A stretch of 64,000 nucleotides of DNA from an uncultured Planctomycetaceae bacterium. Its GTDB lineage: Bacteria > Planctomycetota > Planctomycetia > Isosphaerales > Isosphaeraceae. The notes under the pieces were generated by a model, which saw only the letters and a list, made by a program, of their open reading frames with translations, did not search any database and was not told the DNA's origin. A program made the position numbers and the translations under genes. Positions within the stretch are counted from its first letter, which is position 1. Each line of letters begins with the position of its first letter. The DNA is taken from assembly GCA_963833985.1 (NCBI GenBank), contig CAWIAD010000001.1, positions 2,016,001-2,080,000 of the forward strand, in the 5' to 3' direction. Positions 58,601-64,000 of the stretch are shown here, one piece after another.

Positions 58601-61600
58601 CTCGTGCAAGACGCGCCGGGCGTCTTCCTTGCGGCCTTCCCTGATGTAAAGGGTCACCAACCTCTTGATGGGGCTGTTGTCGTACTGGAGGAAGGCATAG
58701 GGATCTTCCTGGCGGTCGTTCAGGCAGCTCTCGTAGACGGTCGACGCCAGATCGCGGATCGCGCCGTGGTTTTCCAGCTCGGAGCCGATGATCCAGGGGA
58801 CGTAGCTCGACAGCGCTTCGTCCTTCGCCAGGTCGAGGACCTCGCGCACCAGTTTCCTGGCCTCGTCGTAGCGGCCCACCCGGCAATCCGCCAGGGCCAG
58901 CAGGGCCTTGCCCGCGTTCCAGTTGGGAAACTTGCGGCGTGCGGTCTCGATCTGGCCGACAAGCTCGTCGAGCCGGTTCTGGCTGACCGCCATGTCGAGC
59001 AGCCGGCCCACCATGCTGTTGACCCGGCCCTCCGAATCGTACGAGAGGATGCGCTCGAAGGCATTCCATTCGCCGTAGGACGAGTAAACGTTCTCCTCCG
59101 GAATCAGGCCCTGGCGGGCATAGTCGTACATCTCGGGCATCTGCCAGAGATCGTTCTGCTGGATGTTGCTGATGAGGTTGGACCGCTCCTCCGGGAAGGC
59201 TTCCCAGGCCCTGCGCAGCAGCTTCATGGCCTGGGGACGCTTGCTCTCATCAGTGAGCATGTTGCTGATCAGGTTGCTGACGACGTAGGACCGGCCCAGT
59301 TGCCGGAGGTCGATCTGATCAAAGATCTCCAGCAGCTCATCGAGCTTGCCGGCTTGCTGGAAGGCGTTCTCGATCTGCCAGTAGCTGCGCGAGAAGAGCG
59401 AAGGCTCCTTCTTGAAGGCGGCCTTGAAGTGCTCGATGGCGGCCGCGGCCTGGCCCTCCTGCACGAGCTGGTTGGCCACCTGATACCGCAGGGCTGCGTC
59501 GTCGGGCCGCAGCTCGGCCACCTTGAGCAGCTCGGCGCGGGCTTTGTCGCGCTGGCCGGCGGCCTTGTAATAGTCCGCCAGAGTTTGATGCAGCGGTACC
59601 GAGCCGGGAGTGGTCTTGAGCTGCTCCTGCGCGCGCTGGAGGAGCGCGTCCAGCTTGCCCGAGCGGGCGAGTACCTGAATGGCCGCCGACCGCGCCTGGT
59701 CGGGATTGATCAGGGAGGAGGAGACGTACGGGTTGGAGGTGTGCTGCGGGGCCGTGCTGCGGAGGATCTGCTGTGCGACCTGCACGGCGGTGTCAACCTT
59801 CTGCTGCCGCTGGTATTGCAGCATGAGCGAGACGAGCACGCTTGCCTTGTTGCCGGCACGGCGGCGGGCGCGGCCGAGGATGGCCTCGGCCAGCTCGTGC
59901 AGCCCAAGCTGGCTCATCTGGCCGGCCAGGCGCACCTGGGTGTCGGTATCCAGCCGCAGGCCGAAGAGCCGCTCGGCCGCCTTGCGGGCGCGCTCCATGT
60001 CGCCGGTACGCACGGCCAGGCGCAGCGCCTGCTCCTCGCGGCGCTGGGTGGTGACGTTGTCCAGCGGCTTGACCTGGTCCACGAGCTGGAGTGCCTCGTG
60101 CGTGTCCCCACGCTGCTCCAGCAGCTCGGCGAGCACCAGCCGCTGGTCGGATTCCAGCCGGGACTGCTGGGCGACCCTGGTGAACTCGGCGATCGCCGCG
60201 TCCTTGTCGTCGTCCCACCACAGCAGGTACGCCAGCGCCAGGCGGGGATAGATCGATTCCGCGTCCGCCCGGGCCTTCTCCGCCTGCTTCCGGAAGTGCG
60301 CGACGAGGTCGCTGGTGAGGTCGTCGTGGCTGAACAAGGCGTAAGCCGTACGCAATACCGTGATCGAGCCGTAATCATAATGCTCGTTCGGCAGCGGGAA
60401 GCTGAGCTGCACGTTGGTTGATGTCTTCCCGGACCAGATCAGGTAGTAAGGGATATTTCCGGATCCGTAGGGGTTGCCGTAGTTGCGCAGCTTGCTGGCG
60501 CCGGACTGCTGCTCATGTCTGCGGCGTGCCAGTGCCAGGTAGCCGTCGAGGAGCTTGAAGACATCGTCGTACGACTTGGAACGGGCACGGACGTACATCC
60601 CCTGGCCAATCGCCCGGGCGGGGCCCTCGAAATAGTAAGTCCCCGTGTAATAACCGCCGCCGGCGGAGGTCTGGATCCGCTCGTACTTCTCGGAGAGAGC
60701 CAGCAGCACCGGGACATCGCCGCGCTCAGCGGCAAGGGTGATCACGCCGGCGATCTGGCCGATCTGCTGGGCGGCCGCGACCGCATCCTGATAGAGCCGC
60801 TCGCCCTGGTCGGTGCGCTGGGCGCGTTTCAGCTCGGTGGCCACGTTCTGAACAATTTGTGCCTGGATCAATTCGGGCCGCTGCTGGCGCAGTTTATGAT
60901 AAGAGGTGATCAGATGCTCAAGCTCGGAGGGAGGAAGCGGGGGCGTATGGTCGGCCGTTTCCTGCGTGTTCCTGGAATAGTAGCGCTGGCCCATGGTGAG
61001 CTGACGGCCTCCCACGGAGGTCAGGATCGTCCACAGGGCCATCGGGTCGTTGGGCGCGGCCTGGCTGAGCGCGCGGGCCGCCTCGTAAGCCTGGTCGTTC
61101 TGGTAGCGAAGCTGGCTCAGGTAGTACCAGTCCCAGAGCTTGCGCGTCTCCGGCGGCTTCCTGTCCCGCTCCGCCCGGAAAGAGGCGAGCCAGGCGGCGG
61201 CGGTCTTGTGCTTCTCGGCCAGCGAGGTCAGCCATCCCAGCGCGGCCATCCGCGCCTGGCCAAAATCCTGAGGTGCCCACTGGTAGACCTGGGATCGATA
61301 GTACGAATCACGCGTTTCAAGCCGGGTGGCGTAGCGCACCTGAGTCACGGCATTGATCCGCTCCTCGATGGGCAGGCTCAGGCCGCGCTGGTAGCGAGAG
61401 GGCGCGCGACCGAGGCAGACAGCCTGGGGTCGCGGGTGTGCGCTTTGGCCAGAGCGCACTTCTCGTCGTCGTTCATGCGCGATTCCAGGCACTGGCGGAA
61501 CTGGGCCGCGGCGTCGTCGTCGCGATTCAAGTTCGCCAGCGCGACGCCCCGGCGATAGGCGGCCTCCCAGTCGCGCGGGTCCTTGCGCAGCAGGCTCTCG

Positions 61601-64000
61601 GTCACTTCCAGCGCGGCCCTGGCCTTGCCATTGGCGATCAGGCTGTCGATCGCCGCGAACACCTTGTCGGCCTGGCTCTTGCCGGCGGCCAGGTTGGTCC
61701 AGACGGACTGGGCCTCGTCCACCTCGCCGAGCTTGACATAGAGCTGTGCCAGCCGGGTCGAGCCCTCGTCGCTGGGAGAGAGCTCCAGGAGCTGCTTCTG
61801 GTACTTCGCCGCACTCTCGAAATCGCCTTCCTCCTCGGCCAGCTTCGAGAGCTGCTGGAGCAACTGAGTGTCACGCGTGTTCGCCGAGAGCAAGCGATCG
61901 AGCTCGGAGCGCGCCATCCCCAGGTCGCCCGAGGACGCATACGCTTGCGCGGTGCAGATGGCGAGCTCGCGCTCCTGGGCCTGCCGCTGGCTCTCGCGCT
62001 GGTTGCCCTGGAGCCGCGCCAGCAGGCGGTCGAACTGGTTGCGCTGGAGGTAAAGGTCGGTCAGCCGCGTGATCACACCGAGCTTCGCCTCCAGGTCCTC
62101 GGCCTTCTCGAAGGCGCGCCAGTAGATCTCGATGGCCTCGTCGGTGCGGTACTGCCCGGCCAGGGTCTCGGCCAGTGTGAGGATGACCTTGGAATCGTTC
62201 GGGTTGACCCGCACGGCCCGGCGCAGGGCGTCCAGCCCCTCGTCGTTCTTGCCAAGCTGGAAGCAAAGCTCGGCGAAGAACTGGTAATGCTCGGGGTTGC
62301 CGGGCGCCGCGGCAATCAGGTCGCGGCCGGCCTTGAGCGCAGCGTCGACCCGGCCAAGCCGGGCTTCCAGCTTGGCCACTCCGGTGAGGTGCTCGGTGCG
62401 GTTGCGGCGATCGACGTCGGCCAGCCGGCGATAGGCGTCGGCCGCATCACCCAGGCTGCCGGCGGCCTCGCGCAGCCGGGCGGCGAGCGTCCAGGCGGGG
62501 ATCGATCGCGGGTCCAGCGTGACGGCCTGCTCCACCGACCTGACGGCATCGGCCGGCTTCGCTTCAGCCTCCAGGTACCGCGCCAGCCGGGCGTAGAGCC
62601 GCGATTGCACTTCGGCCGGCGCCTGGGATGCCCGGCCCCTGTCAAGCTCGGCGCGGATGGCCGCGATCTGGGCGGCGAGATGGCCCGCGGCCTGGTCGTT
62701 CTTCACGATGGCTTCCAGCGCCGCGCTCTTCTCCTCGTCCTTTTCCGCCAGCTTTTCGGCCTCGGCGAGCTGGATGCGGGCGTCGTCGAAGCGGTTGGCG
62801 CGATAGAGCAGCTCGGCCAGCTTCATGCGCAGCGTGAAGTCATCGCCCTCGAGCGCGACGGCCTCCGACATGGGCTTGATCGCCGGCTCGAGATAACCGA
62901 ACCCGGCAAGGACCTCGCCCAGCCTGGCCAGGTTCTTGGCGTTCCGGTTGCTTCCCTCGGCGATCCTGGCCCAGGTGGCCTGGGCCTCCGCTGGACGCTT
63001 CAGCGCGTGCAGATATTCGCCCAGGTATTCGTGATATTGCGGGTTGGCTGGCGCCAGCTCCGAGGCCTTGCGGTACAGGTCCAGGGCCTCTTCGGGCATG
63101 TCGGCCTGGCGGAAGAGGTCGGCGACCTGTGCGGTCGTCACGGCGTCGTCCGGCCTGGTCTGGAGCAGCCGGCGCCAGACCGCGGCTGCGGCGGTCTTGC
63201 GGTCGGCTTCAGGTCTTGCGGTATCACGCAGCAGCAATCCGCCCCAGTCGCGCAAGGTGTCGGGGTTGTTCGGCTCGGCCTTGTCCATGGCTTCATACTG
63301 GGCCGCGGCCTCGGCGAACCGCTTGTCCTGGGCAAGCTGACCGATGAGCGCAAGCCGCAGCTCGCGGCGCGAGGGGGCCAGCGCCACGGCCTTCTCGTAC
63401 CACTTCTGCGCCGCGGCCGCCTGCCCCTGCGCGGCCAGGGTCCGGCCCACGCGCACCAAAGCGTCGACATCCTCCGGGTTCCTGGCGATCCAGCGCTCGT
63501 AATACGCCACCAGCCCGGCCTGATCGCCGTTCTTCAGGAAGACCTCCTCGATCCGGTGCCGCACCTCGCGGTACAGCCAGCTCTCGGGGCGCAGCTTGCC
63601 AAGCAGGCTCTCGAAGTCACGCAGGGCCGGCTCGGTCTGCCCCAGGCGAACCTTCAGGTCGGCCGCCTGCATGGCCAGTTGCACCTTGCGGAAGGGGTCG
63701 GTCACCCGGGCGGCCAACGCCTCGAAGCGCGCGAGTGCCGCGGCCGCCTGCCCCTCCTCGGCCAGGGCCGTGGCAATCTGCTCCTGGACCCGCAGGTCGC
63801 CGGGGAAGAGCGCCTCGAGCCGGTTCCAGACGGCCAGCGCCTGCTCCGTCTTCTCGGTGCGCTGGTACACCCGGCCCAGAGTCTGGAAGATGTCCATGAG
63901 GTCCGCGCGCGGGGGCTTGCGCCAGTCCCCGCTCGAAGGCGGCCGCGGCCTCGTCCGGCTGGCCCACCAGCACCAGCGCCTGCCCCAGGTAGTAGCAGGA
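52504..64000 (-). CDS. Giant (>3700 aa) TPR-rich protein with duplicated DUF1581/DUF1583-like domains; 5' end outside the window; several frameshifts
   Basis: ORFs 63617-63973, 61378-63897, 55622-61492, 53565-55706 and 52504-53985 overlap end-to-end. TPRs throughout the N-terminal part; two copies of ESVLxYxxPL..YEPG..MVHPALxRLAFLLEPxGVxxHWLT..FGLFH..GxWP. True stop may be TAA 52634-52636. Confidence 0.85.

Noticed and set aside
55817..60421. 1534-aa + strand ORF (likewise the long - strand ORFs 8450-10801, 16854-19436, 38101-40320)
   Set aside because: Antisense shadows of the giant TPR gene, RND permease, gltB and GSIII; no recognisable motifs.

Overview
High-GC bacterial DNA that looks planctomycetal (Isosphaeraceae-like). 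The signs are a DUF1559 remnant, an ECF sigma factor with a C-terminal extension, an LEPRxLL-type secreted vWA protein, an LRR protein and a giant TPR/DUF1581-1583-like protein. The core (13.6-47.5 kb) is a dispersed nitrogen-assimilation neighbourhood: LysR-gltB-gltD, two different Amt ammonium transporters, glutamine synthetase III, an outer-membrane beta-barrel porin and a PII protein lacking Tyr51 that lies upstream of a CPA2 antiporter. Several of these genes have sigma-54-like (-24/-12) promoters. Interspersed are a xanthine-dehydrogenase-family molybdoenzyme operon with MoaD, a ureohydrolase-fold protein and housekeeping genes. The left end holds a tandem trypsin-like protease missed by the ORF track, a decayed IS1634-family element that truncates a DUF1559 gene, ECF sigma factors and a divergently split RND efflux pair. 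The most unusual structure is at 29.8-32.4 kb: an orphan 'ANRRNAxKSTGP' gene bracketed by inverted ~54-bp GTAG-type REP units, with 133-bp direct repeats upstream and a frame-independent AACGAA(G/C)CCAAT motif, a candidate uncharacterised mobile or selfish cassette. About 15 inferred small indels break otherwise intact genes, mostly at GCGC, which suggests long-read (possibly methylation-linked) errors rather than true pseudogenes. No rRNA, tRNA or CRISPR array was seen. All family calls come from motif recognition, not database searches.
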